Assembly (NCBI GenBank): GCA_010093745.1
Contig: MU005959.1
Span: 238,270 to 302,269, forward strand
Length of the DNA stretch: 64,000 nucleotides
Direction of reading: 5' to 3'
Origin: Piedraia hortae CBS 480.64
Lineage: Eukaryota
Shown here: positions 35,503 through 46,922 of the stretch, in pieces
Layout: each line of letters starts with the position of its first letter
Numbering within the stretch: the first letter of the stretch is position 1
The notes under the pieces: generated by a model
The model's input: only the letters and a program-made list of their open reading frames with translations
Databases searched by the model: none
What the model was told of the DNA's origin: nothing
Translations under genes and position numbers: made by a program

Positions 35503-36089
35503 GCTGATGGTTCATCTCCACACTTTGTGAAGCCACTGATGGGAGGGTCAGACAAGCCTCTTTCCGTGCTTCGTATGTGAAGTGCTTTGTTTGTTGTCAG
35601 ATGGTATTTGTCTATCCCTTTACCAGATTCCTAGTGTGGCCTTCGGCCTGCTTCGGTCATACTCGATAGTCCTACGCCATCTTTGTCACAACTCTCACAC
35701 ACGTAAGGAGGGAGTGCGCGTGCACAGACGCTTACAAGCAGAAACACGACCCACGTCGTCTCATCTACGTGGAAATGAGTTCTCAGGCCTGTAACTCTTG
35801 TTCGAAAGTTTTCCCATGAGCTCATAGGCTGACGGCCCATTGTCTCATTTCGGAAACCCCAGTATGAACTAAAGCACCATTGTTACATAATTCACAAGTC
35901 CTGCTCCCACTAGCGACACCTCTCCCAAGTATAGGCAAATTCGTTCCACAGAGTTACAAAAACCAACCCAAATTACCAAGAATGAAAGCCCCCAAAGGTG
36001 AAGCGAGTTTAAGCTTAGTGAGACGCCTTCCCTACCTATCCCCAAACTGTCTGCGCCCTTAGCCCTTTCCATTCTCTAATGCAAAAAGA

Positions 36090-36488
36090 ATGCAGTTCCA
36101 AATCATTTGTCTTTTTATCGCCTTGCTCGCGCCCAACACCACGGTCGGTGGAAACGTCACGGCCGCTGACAAGCGTGTGGGCTTGACTAGCCAGGTTGGC
36201 GGCGGACACACCACAAGCATTGCAAGGCTGAATATCACTGCGGCATCTACAAATTACAGCCAGGACGGAGGTCGAAATTATACGATTATTGAAGGACCAA
36301 ATGTTACGCTCACATGTAACGATGGCAGCTTGGCTCCTGCGGAGCAGACTGCTGGGATGATATCCTATATCAACAGGTGGCACAACTTTACGTGGTGGGG
36401 ACGTAGCAATGTTGCTGGTCCTTATGGTATTGATACAACGAGGGTTGGACTGCGGACTGCCGTGGGAAATGAGTCTAAAGGTGGGTAG
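36090..36488 (+). CDS. Small secreted glycoprotein, orphan
   Basis: Signal-like MQFQIICLFIALLA, a KR site and eight N-x-S/T sequons. Confidence 0.5.
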   Translation: MQFQIICLFIALLAPNTTVGGNVTAADKRVGLTSQVGGGHTTSIARLNITAASTNYSQDGGRNYTIIEGPNVTLTCNDGSLAPAEQTAGMISYINRWHNFTWWGRSNVAGPYGIDTTRVGLRTAVGNESKGG

Positions 36489-36873
36489 GATTTAATGCTA
36501 GACGGGGTAGATACGTACGTTCAGTGATATGTATTTCCCCATGATCTATGGGGATGTTCGGTGAGGTGCCGTTGGTTTTGTGCAGCTTCACCTAGTCGAT
36601 CAATTCCATACTCACAGGCCATGCAAGGTTTGGTTGGCTAGACTGATTGCAAACTGTCTTTTCCGGAGCCAGGCTGCTAGCTGTATGGTGGGCAGAACAC
36701 TCACAAGACAGGATGCATCTGAAAGGACAATATTCCATTGCTCGGCATCACAGTCGTAGGAACACATGCGACCAACTTGCGAGACACAGTTTGCTTCTTA
36801 ATCGAACTATCACTCAACTCAGACTAAGCTTCCATACTTTCCCTAGTGCCGGAGCTCCCTTGTTGCCACCTTC

Positions 36874-37230
36874 TCATTCCATCTTCTGTCTGCCACCGCG
36901 AATCCGCCGCAAACATTCACTGATCACCACATTTCGGCGTCGACGATAGAGCCACTGGTATATCTGCGTGTTGGTAAGTACAGTGTTCTTGGAAGAATTA
37001 GCACAGCCCCCACGTGGGCGACAACAAGGGCTTACCCCGGCCAAAGCAGCCTTTTGTTCGTTCCTGGAGTAAGGATGGGAAGAGTGCTCATCAAACAACT
37101 GTATTAGAATTTTCTTGGAACGCTGGGGCAATTTATTCTGATCGCGCTTACGACCTTTTCCATTTTCAAGCTTATGCTGATTAAGTGGCATGGCACCCAG
37201 ACCAGGGCAACTGGGCGAATAAGAAGCCAT
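36874..37230 (-). CDS. Degenerate TALE (KN-type) homeodomain protein, possibly a pseudogene; intron 36988-37035
   Basis: NKLPQRSKKILIQLFDEHSSHPYS..QKAALAG|NTVLTNTQIYQWLYRRRR after removing a 48-nt GTAAGC..GCTAAT..AAG intron. Confidence 0.65.
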   Translation of the reverse strand: MASYSPSCPGLGAMPLNQHKLENGKGRKRDQNKLPQRSKKILIQLFDEHSSHPYSRNEQKAALAGVSPCCRPRGGCANSSKNTVLTNTQIYQWLYRRRRNVVISECLRRIRGGRQKME

Positions 37231-37367
37231 GATATGGTTTTGCTCTAAAGAATATTGGTCAAAGGACCAAGAACCAGAAGTTCAAGCCCAGTCCAAGTCA
37301 GGATTATGGCTTTCGCTGGGATGACTGGGCGATAAAGAATCGGCAAAGGGTATTGAAGAAACACAGT

Positions 37368-37503
37368 CTGATACAGCGCCTTGGAAAAGAGCGGAGTCGA
37401 TCCAGGAGATGTAATGATAGCTCATTGGAGAGAAGTAAGCTGATACAGAGGTTAGGCAAAGTGCGAGACAGTCGAGAAGATACGAGGATAGTTCATTGGA
37501 GGG
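37368..37503. repeat. Diverged tandem duplication, ~72-bp period
   Basis: CTGATACAG at 37368 and 37440; GATAG(C/T)TCATTGGAG occurs twice. Confidence 0.6.
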
Positions 37504-38059
37504 GCATGAGTGGTTTCCACATTATGAGTTTATCCGAATTGGCGGGCAACTTAACACTGGCGACAGTGAACGCGACAGTGTTCGGGATATAGGTTGACAA
37601 GCAGAAACATTTAAATCTGATCTCTCGAGTTCAAACATGGATTTTGGGCAAATTCTGGTGAGCACAGATTCGTCATGATGAGTTACACACATATTCTCGA
37701 GTCTTTTATGCCATTGGGATCCTTCAAATTTTTTCAGATGTGTGAACTGAGGTGGATTGCGATATCACGTGATATGACTTGGCACTCCCTGAACCTCTCT
37801 GTAAATCCAGATGTTGCTTCGATTTGGGCACTTCAACGATATTTGGCAGGCTCATGAGCAGAGTCTCCACTGGACTCGGTAATTCCATTCCTAAGTATTT
37901 CATGATGAGGATTGCACACTGCGTCTTTCGCAATGAATCAATTAAATGTAAGCTGATTGGTCAATAAGCCTATCAAGTAGCCTAAGGCCAAAAACTCTCG
38001 CCCCTTTAATGATACATTAACACCCTCGATCATCCCACGAAGCGTCCGGACCCCTCTTC

Positions 38060-40162
38060 CTACTGCATAGCGGACCGTAACCGCGAAACCATATTCGCTT
38101 GTTCAGCGTGCTGCACATCCATGTGGCGGTCGCGGCCGAGCATCTGCGAAAGATCTCTTGCATCTCCATTGACGAGACCATCTCGGTTCGCCGTTGTATC
38201 CCTACCCATGGCATCACCTGCCATGCTGCCTTCAAGAGTGGCTCTGCCCAGATTCGCACGGAGGTCTTGCTCCATGGTACTCCCCGTGGTTGAGGGATCC
38301 CTCACCATGGCGCCATCCCTCATCATGGACACCTCTCTCCCGGTTGCTACGCTCCCAGCCTCGCTGCCGATAGCAGAATGTGGATCACCGGGCTGTGCGT
38401 TGCCAACGCGTCTGATACGGCGTTGTTCATAGGGAATACCCTGTTCTTGGAGCTTAAGAATGGCTTTCTTGTCCAGGATGACCCTGTTCCACCCCTCTGG
38501 AAGTTCAACGTTGCCTCTATACACCACATTAGTATATGCAAGTCAACCCAGATCGCCAACTCACAGTAAAAGTGTAAGTTTCATATTTCGTGCTTTGAAG
38601 CGGATATCCTCTGGGGTACGGAGTGAAAGCGCAGCACCATTTGCATTGTCATAGCGCTTGAGCTGCGCGTAGCTGAGGGGCTGGTCTTTCTTTTGTCCGA
38701 TGAGGCTGAGTAGCGTGGCCTCCTCTTCAGGGGTCCAGGGAGTTCTGATTTGTTGGGTTCGAGGCTGGGGACGATCGTCGGCTCTTCTACGCGATCTTGG
38801 GTTGCTCGGCTCTTGGTACGCTGGATCATTAGCATCTGGAGAATGGGGACGTTTGTTATCCCGAGGTGGAATATCGGACAAAAAGCCCTGGTTCTGGGTC
38901 TGGTCAAACTCGATATGGTCTGGCACGTATGTCTGGGATGGTTTGGGCGAGTCATCGAACTCGATCCGTGTGGCGTTGGCCTGACGGTCGGCAAAACGAC
39001 GGCGGCCGCCATGCATCTGATTCTCTTGAAACACCAGCAACTGGTCAACCTTTGTGGGAGTCAGCTGCGCAACTTCACCTTCAGCCATCAAGCGCGGGTC
39101 CATGACTCCACTTTGAGAGGCTGCCATGCGCTTTTCGCGCGCTTTCAACTGAGCAACTCGGCTTTTGGCCGTGTTCGTCTTGGAAAGGCTCCCGCGGTGG
39201 ACGTCAGCAAGCCGCTCAAAGATGATATGCGGCCCTCCGGCGGCGGCAATGTTTTGGTCAACCTGCCTCTTGCGCTCGGTACAAAAGTCGATGGCGTAGT
39301 TGATGAAGCGTATCCATGGAAAATAGCTTCGCAGAGACGTCAAGACGCCGTCCGGATCGTGCTTCCAGTTGCCCAGCTCCATCGTCAGCCGGCGGAGTAT
39401 CTCCTGCAGCATCGAGTTCGACGAGGCGTCCAGCACACCAGGGAATTTATATGCCGTGTTCCCGTTGTTTTGCGTTAGGAACACGTCTGCGAGAAGGTTG
39501 TGGGCGTCGCCATCAGTGCGCTCAAGGGTCTGCAAACGCATCAGCAGAAGCTGCGTCTGAATGGCTATAAAAGCCAGCGCATCCACCGTTGGGCCCGAAA
39601 TGGCAGCCGGGAAATTGTTTTCCAGCAGCTCAAAGGCACGTATGTTCTCTGGCGTTGGGGCAGCTGGGTCTGTGATGTCAAGCAACAGGGTGCGAAGCAT
39701 TTCAGCAAGGTTGATGCGATAAATAATGTCGTTTGGACTCCAGGGCTCCGACGCCCAGTTTGGCGGTGGCTGCGGGCCAAACAGCGCGCGCACAACATGC
39801 TCGGGGCGGATATAGGGTGCGCTGCCAAGACATTCCTTTTGCACCTTCAACAACGTTGCGCACGACTTGCAGAGCTTATGCAACTTAGAGCCGGGCGTAT
39901 GAATGTCTCGCAGCATTGCCTCGCGCTGCTCATGAGGCGAGAGGAGCAAATCAGTAAGCTGGTCAGCTGCCGTAAGTAGGTTCGGCAGCACGTCCAGCAA
40001 GATATCGGCATCCAGCTCTGGCGCATCATCTACACCAGTCAGAGTTGGACGGTGAGGGCCCATCTCCCTCTGTTCGCCTTCACCCACCGTTCGCGACTGC
40101 GAACGCGTCTGGCGGGGGCCATTAGTCGATGGCAGTTGCGCCGTGTCTGTCTTCTTCGCCAT
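38060..40162 (-). CDS. Myb/telobox DNA-binding protein, TRF/Taz1-like; intron 38517-38564
   Basis: RTPWTPEEEATLL..RTPEDIRFKARNMK Myb/telobox plus a helical N-terminal domain; the 48-nt intron joins in frame. Confidence 0.72.
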
Positions 40163-40370
40163 TAGCCGCTCGTTGAGGTAGGTGGTGGCAAGGGTTAGTA
40201 GGGTTTGAGACAGGGTTAGGTTTGGAAGGCGGGACGTTCGATCAGTTGGCTTAGTAATCAAGTGATTACATCAGATCACATGATTGGATATTATCCTGCA
40301 AAAGTGGGCGCCCGAGTTTGAGCCGGTGATAATAAGAGGATAGGTAGCTCGAGTAAAATTGGAAAGTACA

Positions 40371-41615
40371 ATGGCAACAGAAGCACGGCCTCCCCTTTCT
40401 TCGGTGTTGCCCCCGCTCATTTTCGGCACAACGACTTTCAATTACTTGTACAACGAGGACCCGTACGAGCTAAACGCCGATGCACTCGTGCATCGGGCAT
40501 TGGAACACGGAGTCCGCGCATTTGACACGTCGCCATATTATGGCCCTTCAGAAGAGATTCTCGGTGCGGCACTGGCTGCAGTGAACCACAAGTGGCCGCG
40601 TGAGACACTGCATGTGAACACCAAAGTGGGCCGCATAGCCGCCGATCGATTCGATTACTCCAGAGATTGGGTAAAGCAAAGCGTACAGCACAGCTTGCGC
40701 CGGTTACGAACAAACTACTTGGATCTCGTCTTCTGCCATGACGTCGAATTTGTCTCCGAAAGTGAGGTCCTGGACGCCGTGGCCGAACTGCGGCGGATGA
40801 GAGACGATGGCGTCATTAGGTACATTGGCATATCAGGATACCCACTCTCCGTTCTTGCATCGATTGCACGACGGGTGCTTCGAGAAACCGGTGAGCCGCT
40901 AGATGCCGTCATGTCGTATGCACACTTTACCCTGCAGAACACCATGCTTGCGACTGTGGGGATAAAGCAGTTCCAGGCGGCTGGCGTGGATGTAGTGCTC
41001 AACGGATCTCCACTTGGTATGGGGCTGCTGCGTCGCGAAGGTGTGCCTGTAGGCAGCATGGGTGACTGGCATCCGGCTTGCAATAAGTTGAGGGCGGCGG
41101 TGAAGCGGGCCAGCGATTTCTGTGATGTCTACGACGAACGGCTGGAGGTAATTGCCATCCGCTACTCGTTAGAGCAGTGGGTCTTGCGAGGTGCAGTCGT
41201 TGGATCGTATGGGGACCCTGCCTCTGGCGTCCCAAACCGACGGCTGTCTCATGATCGCAGTCAGCGCCTGGGCGTCAGCCTTATGGGCATCAGCAAAATA
41301 AGCGAGCTTGACAAGACGTTGAAGGTATGGCGATCTATTTTGGACGGGCTCGAAGACGGTGAGGAAACGGCCCGACGTGCAGGTCGGTGGAGCAGGGACC
41401 ACGAGTGGAGCCTCAACCGACGCAGGGCCATTGAAATCCTGGCCGACGGCATCCGAGAGTACCTGGATGAGTTCATTGACTACAGCTGGCCCAGTCCACC
41501 GGTTGGGTTTGTCAACCAGGCGGCATCGCTATCTGCAGAGCTACCGACTCCGGCAATGAGTCTTCCAAGGGATGATGCGCCAAGGGAAGAAGGGAAGGCG
41601 CTGCCCTTGCGATAA
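40371..41615 (+). CDS. ARA2: Aldo-keto reductase, D-arabinose/L-galactose dehydrogenase-like
   Basis: FDTSPYYG, TKVGR and FCHDVEF supply the catalytic tetrad. Confidence 0.85.
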   Translation: MATEARPPLSSVLPPLIFGTTTFNYLYNEDPYELNADALVHRALEHGVRAFDTSPYYGPSEEILGAALAAVNHKWPRETLHVNTKVGRIAADRFDYSRDWVKQSVQHSLRRLRTNYLDLVFCHDVEFVSESEVLDAVAELRRMRDDGVIRYIGISGYPLSVLASIARRVLRETGEPLDAVMSYAHFTLQNTMLATVGIKQFQAAGVDVVLNGSPLGMGLLRREGVPVGSMGDWHPACNKLRAAVKRASDFCDVYDERLEVIAIRYSLEQWVLRGAVVGSYGDPASGVPNRRLSHDRSQRLGVSLMGISKISELDKTLKVWRSILDGLEDGEETARRAGRWSRDHEWSLNRRRAIEILADGIREYLDEFIDYSWPSPPVGFVNQAASLSAELPTPAMSLPRDDAPREEGKALPLR

Positions 41616-42073
41616 TGATGTAACGATTTTCCATGTGTAACGTATGATAAATGTACCGATCTGATTGAAACACTTTGAGAAATCGTAGTGTGCCAAGCAT
41701 GTTCTTTGGGCAACCCCGGGTGGAAGGCGCAGAGTGGCCCGACCCGCCGGGACCCACGGCAACGGCAAGTGGAGCAGGAAGGACCAGCTTTGGCGATCAG
41801 TGGTGTGGTGGCCAGACAGAGACGCGGAGACGTTGAATTGGCAGTGAAATGTTGCGTTTGTCGGCAAAACAATTAACAAGCGGGTGTTGCCGCCGCAGGC
41901 ACGAGGCGATGTTTTGCACTCCGATCTGTAACATGGCGTCGGCATCCTTGTTCCCTCTCGAATCTCAGCTTCGCACGCGGTGACGGTGCGATGCTCCAAC
42001 GTGCAGTGTCCTGTCACACGCCTCCACTCGCTAGACTTTTATTAAATAGAATACTCTACTGCCTCTGTCTGAA

Positions 42074-43594
42074 ATGGCCTCTCCGCGGGACCGGAGCGGA
42101 CGGAGGCGGAGCCTCTCACGACCGGCGAGTAGGCTGTTTGCCTCCTCGCCACCGTCACCAGAAGGCCTGGATGCGCCACGTCGTCGCTCGCGCCTAGACG
42201 TTGTATCGTCGCTGCGTAGTCGTAGACATCCAGGCGGGCCGCCCGGCGCATTGCAAGAGACGCAAAATGCAGAGGACATCCAGCACGCTCAGCAGACGGT
42301 GCGCGTCAAGGACCGAGAAACGAGCATGAGGCGCGAAGGCGTGGATGGCGGGTATCTGGTCACTATGGGTATCTACCCAGGCCGCGAAGACTTTGACAAA
42401 TGCGCCGTACGGCAACTGCAAATTGAGAGACGCATTGCTCCGTTCTGGCTGGGTCTAGAGGACGACAGCAGCGGCATGTCAGACGAGCGAATAATCCAAG
42501 CCGTTCGCAGCCGGGTGCCAGCCAAAGAGCGGCCTTTCTCTGAGGATCCAGAGTCAGAAGAGCCCATGTCCCGTGCCCCGTCCAGGCAGATGACGACCGC
42601 ATCCCCAGCCGATTCCCGCTTCCGGTTCAGCCGCTGGGTTAAGAACCTCCTTCCAGGCCCGAAGTCGAACAGTAGGCCGCAGCGGCAGAGTTCGTGGCCG
42701 TCGTCCCTGTCTCCTTGTCGCGAGATCCAACTCACATGCAATCCTTTGGTGGACGGGATCCCTATTGAAGTATATCTGTACAAGGAAACCATCGAGTGCG
42801 AAATCTGCTTCCACTATTATCCTCGTTTCATGAACCAAGCCCTCTGCTGTGGCAAGATGATTTGCTCAGAGTGTTTTGTGCAAATCAAACGGAGCAAACC
42901 TCATCCAATCCACGGCGGCGACCACCACGACGCGCCCTTTGCAGAGGATGAGGCCGATAATCTCGTGTCTGATCCAGCCAATTGTCCGTTTTGCATGAGT
43001 CAAAACTTTTGCATATCATACAACCCACCGCCTTTCCGCCAGGGCCTCATCTATGCCAGCGACCCGTTCTTCAAAGCGGGGCCTTCACAACCAACAATGT
43101 CGACCAACAAGCTCCAGAAAGGCCCTCTCCGCTACCCCGAGACCACTGTCGTTACATCCGACCAGATCCGACCAGAGTGGGAAAAGAATTTGGCGCAAGC
43201 CAAAGTAGAGGCAAGGCGGCGGTCGGCGGCCGCCACCGCGTTACATCAGAAGCGGTACGGCAGCATCTCGGGTTCCTCTACCGGCGGTGTCACCAGTACC
43301 GGCCTCGATACCTCGCACCGAAGAGACGGAAAGCGACTCGGCCGCATTCGCCGCTCCTTTCTCACCGGTACCCCGGTGGCCGCCTCTGCAGCTCCTTCGG
43401 ACACGGTGAATGAAAACTACTCACCCGCAGAGCTGCGCCGCGTCACTGAAGCGAGTCAAATAGCAATTGCGATGCAAAGGTCCATCCACGACGAGGAAGA
43501 GAGGAGGAGGAAGGAGGAGCAGAGTCAAAACACGCAGAGAGTGAAACAAGCAGCCACGATGAAGGTTATCGGGGAGGCAGAGACGACTTCGTGA
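42074..43594 (+). CDS. SIP5: Sip5 (Snf1/Reg1-interacting, RING-like)
   Basis: VDGGYL..RQLQIERRIAPFW, ECEICFHYYP..CCGKMICSECFVQIKR, PANCPFC. Confidence 0.9.
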   Translation: MASPRDRSGRRRSLSRPASRLFASSPPSPEGLDAPRRRSRLDVVSSLRSRRHPGGPPGALQETQNAEDIQHAQQTVRVKDRETSMRREGVDGGYLVTMGIYPGREDFDKCAVRQLQIERRIAPFWLGLEDDSSGMSDERIIQAVRSRVPAKERPFSEDPESEEPMSRAPSRQMTTASPADSRFRFSRWVKNLLPGPKSNSRPQRQSSWPSSLSPCREIQLTCNPLVDGIPIEVYLYKETIECEICFHYYPRFMNQALCCGKMICSECFVQIKRSKPHPIHGGDHHDAPFAEDEADNLVSDPANCPFCMSQNFCISYNPPPFRQGLIYASDPFFKAGPSQPTMSTNKLQKGPLRYPETTVVTSDQIRPEWEKNLAQAKVEARRRSAAATALHQKRYGSISGSSTGGVTSTGLDTSHRRDGKRLGRIRRSFLTGTPVAASAAPSDTVNENYSPAELRRVTEASQIAIAMQRSIHDEEERRRKEEQSQNTQRVKQAATMKVIGEAETTS

Positions 43595-43717
43595 ACTTAG
43601 CAGAGGCGTTTCTGGAGTTGCTACGTGGTCCTTCACCTGCAAAGTAGTTTTAATGTATTACTTAGACTCTCATTAGCAATAACACAGCTGGAACAAGACA
43701 AAAACAGGCCATATGCT

Positions 43718-45369
43718 TTACTCAACCGCACATTCATACAGGTAAATGAGTCCAAATGCGAGAAAGGCCACTGCGCCGCCGATGGTGACTGTACACATTG
43801 TCAGTCTGGACCGATGCCAAAGGATTGCGGAAACTTACCTAGTCTCATGCTGACACGTCCGGCAAGTGCTCTACCGCCAATAACAGCCAGTCCGGTGCAA
43901 CAGGCGTGGCCGACGAGCGCCCCCAGCGTTACCCAAACATAGTCCTGACCGGCGGCCATGGCGATGGTGGCAATCTGCGAGCGGTCGCCCCATTCGCCCA
44001 GAAAGGTCATGACGAATGTTTGCACCCACGCCGGGCTGAGAACGAGTGAAAGAAGGTTGGAAAGGCCATTCATGCGGCCTCCTTTTTTGCCGTTTGTCGC
44101 AGCTTCCTTGGCCTTGCCAGACTCCAAAGCGTCGGCCGAGACTGTTTGCGCCTTTTCCGCCAGCTCCGCCTCGACCTCCTTCATCTCCTCGCCAACGCCC
44201 GAGTCGCGCGGCATGTCTAGCCCCTCCCGCAGCATACGTGCGCCAAACACGAGGAAGAGCACCGCCGCGGCGAAAGTAGTCAAACGCTTGGGCAACAGCG
44301 TCGGCAAGGCGTGGCCAAGCACAGCGGACAGCACCGTCATGGCCACAAGAGCAGAGAACGCGGCGGAGAAGACAAGTAGGCGAGCGTGGCGCATCGCCAT
44401 GAGCGCGGCCACCAGGAACGTCTTGTCGCCAATCTCCGATACTAGAATCATCGTCAACGAGAGGACGAATGAGTGAAACCATTCGTGCCACTCCACCTCG
44501 TCGGCCGGCGGCGGAGCAGCGGGCGCTGGCTTGGTGCCCTCGGTATAAGGCATGGTGTCCTGCAGCCAGCCAGTGCGGTCGGTCTTGCGCGGTAAACTGG
44601 CAGCCTTGGGGTCCGGGTGCGGCATCTTATGCGGCTTCTCCGGCAGGTCGGTGGGCATGTCGATGCCGTGCCCGCCTGCACCGTACTCGCCACCTTTCGC
44701 TTTGGTACGCCGGGTGTCTCCCGCTTCACTATCATCTTTGCTGGTCTCCGTCCCGCTTCGCTCTCCCGTGGTGCGTTCCCGCTCCGCCGCAATCCGCTCC
44801 TGCTCACTGTGCGGCAGCGGTGGTGCTTCTTTGGGCTCCGGCGGCTTGTTCTCGGCCTTGCCCTTGCGCAGCTTCTCGCGCGACTTCTCGCTGACGCCGC
44901 CCTCAGTACCCGTCGTGCCCTTCTTGGGCAGAGGACGGTGGTCGTCGTTCATAACGCCGTCAATCTTGTCTGGGATGTCCTCGCGTCGCAAGCCATCGTC
45001 GCCTTTGATGCCCTCACGCACCAGCTTGTCCAGCAACGTTGGTTCCGGCCGTGCCGCAGCTTTGCTGCCCTTCTTTCGGCTCTTCTTGGGCTTGATCTCT
45101 TCAGGTTTCGTGTCGACAAATGGCCCGGCGTGGGGTTTGCCATCCAGCCCGTCCACTGGCGCGTCTTCGGTTCCGACATATGTCCGCGCCGATGTCGTGG
45201 CTTTCGCCGGCGATTGTACCTGATCGGCCACTTTGCCGCGTCCGACCGGCTCGCCGGGAGCTCGATTCAACTCCAACAGCTCATCTTTGGTCGGATTGCG
45301 CGCATCCGGCCTGCCGAGGGCCGTGTGGACAAGTAAGAGCGCCACTAGAGGGCCTGGAAGAACTCTCAT
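43718..45369 (-). CDS. GDT1: GDT1/TMEM165 (UPF0016) Ca2+/Mn2+ transporter; intron 43789-43838
   Basis: EIGDKTF and EWGDRSQ motifs; the 50-nt intron supplies the final TM exon VTIGGAVAFLAFGLIYL. Confidence 0.93.
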
Positions 45370-45518
45370 TGTGCACAAAATTGGTCAATAATGTGAAAGG
45401 AATGGACGCTCTTTCGCCGTGGCGGTGTCTCCAAGGATTGGCGGTTCACTGTCCAAATTTGGCATTAAGCACGGAACGACCCGCACGGCCCGGCGGTCCT
45501 ACAACAAATACGCACACT

Positions 45519-46004
45519 CTATCTTCGCTCCTTCTTCTCCTTTAACTTCCTCTCCATCTCCATAAAAGCCCTCATCCCTACTGGCAGGTCATCTAGCACG
45601 CGCCCGCCTTCATCCTCAGGCAGACTTTTTCCATCAACACCCTCCGGCAGCTGCATGCCCTGTTTATGTTCTTCCCTAGCGACAATCTTGTCTCTTTGCT
45701 TAACCCACTCCTCCATTTCATCCCGGTATAGATTCCACACGCAGTTCTCGCATCCACTCATGCAACAGTTGTCGGGCTCTTCAGGTTTGGGCGGCAACCC
45801 ACGTAGTATTTCATTGACCACTTTTTTCGGCAGTGGAGATCCACTGATCTTTGTTTCCGGTTGGGCGGGTTTCGCAGTTACGCGGTCCAGCGGTTCATCC
45901 AAGGGATCCCATGTGTAGCCTGGGAAAGATTGATATGTGTTACTTGATTTTGTCACCACAGATGTACTCGTGAATAATCGCCGCGCGAGTCGGGCGCGCT
46001 GCAT
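45519..46004 (-). CDS. Mitochondrial oxidoreductase-like domain protein (OXLD1/UPF0651)
   Basis: PPKPEEPDNCCMSGCENCVW; Arg-rich presequence from ATG 46004. Confidence 0.87.
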   Translation of the reverse strand: MQRARLARRLFTSTSVVTKSSNTYQSFPGYTWDPLDEPLDRVTAKPAQPETKISGSPLPKKVVNEILRGLPPKPEEPDNCCMSGCENCVWNLYRDEMEEWVKQRDKIVAREEHKQGMQLPEGVDGKSLPEDEGGRVLDDLPVGMRAFMEMERKLKEKKERR

Positions 46005-46842
46005 GGAAGAATTCGATTGCTTTGTGGTGAACGGATGCAACTGAAACGTGCCGTCTAAAGATAGACCGGGTAAGGTTGTGGCTTTGATGACATAATTAGT
46101 GGCTGTTGCCGCAAGTAACCCAGGGGTCAATCACCTTAGCCTTCGTGGGCTGGGCCAGGAAGTGCTCTAGGCCTTAGAATTCAAAGGGTATGGAATTCTA
46201 CAGATGCTTCCCATCACAGAGTATGTTTTTTTTGGCATAACGTCACGTCACTCCTCATTGGAGCCCGTCTCATCTAAATAAGGTTGTCTTGGCACACAGC
46301 ACTGAGTATCACTTCCTTTCCTACCGTGTACACGCATAATCTTAAAGACATACGTGGCTTCCACGAACTACAAAGTTCTAAAGATCTTTCCTGTCTATTT
46401 CACACTAGAATTTTGCTATGTTGCAGGGACGAAGATATATACTGATCTAAAGCATGGCTTTTGCATACTAGAAGTAGTAGGCTTGACATTAAAGGTTCTC
46501 AGGCATATGGGAATTTTCGCACTTGCGTAGAATAAAGCTTTACCTACACGAATTAGATTTCCGATCTTATAAATTTCATTTGCAAGATTGATATTCTGGA
46601 CGACGGGGGCTACATCTCCAGCACCAAAAGCAACATTTATTGACGTCCTAAATAAGCTGAAGCTTCATGTGCATAGTGGAGGGGCAGTTTTCATACGTTA
46701 TCGCGAATCGGTCGCGCTGGGTCAGGGCTTGATTGGCGCGTTTTTGACCTCTTGTGCAAATCGGTGACTGTTGCTGATCCCAAGACAAAAATTAGTGGGT
46801 AATGTCAGTGATTTTGTAGATTAAGTCCTTTAAAAGGACAAA

Positions 46843-46922
46843 TTCCGATGCGGGGAATCGAACCCCGGCCTTGCCGGGACTTTGATGAGAGCGGCAAATC
46901 CTAACCACTAGACCACATCGGA
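46843..46922 (-). tRNA. tRNA-Glu(CTC) with an 8-nt intron
   Basis: Acceptor TCCGATG/CATCGGA; D arm TGGTCTAGTGG; anticodon arm TGCCG-CTCTCA[TCAAAGTC]C-CGGCA; GGTTCGATTCC; downstream T runs. Confidence 0.95.
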
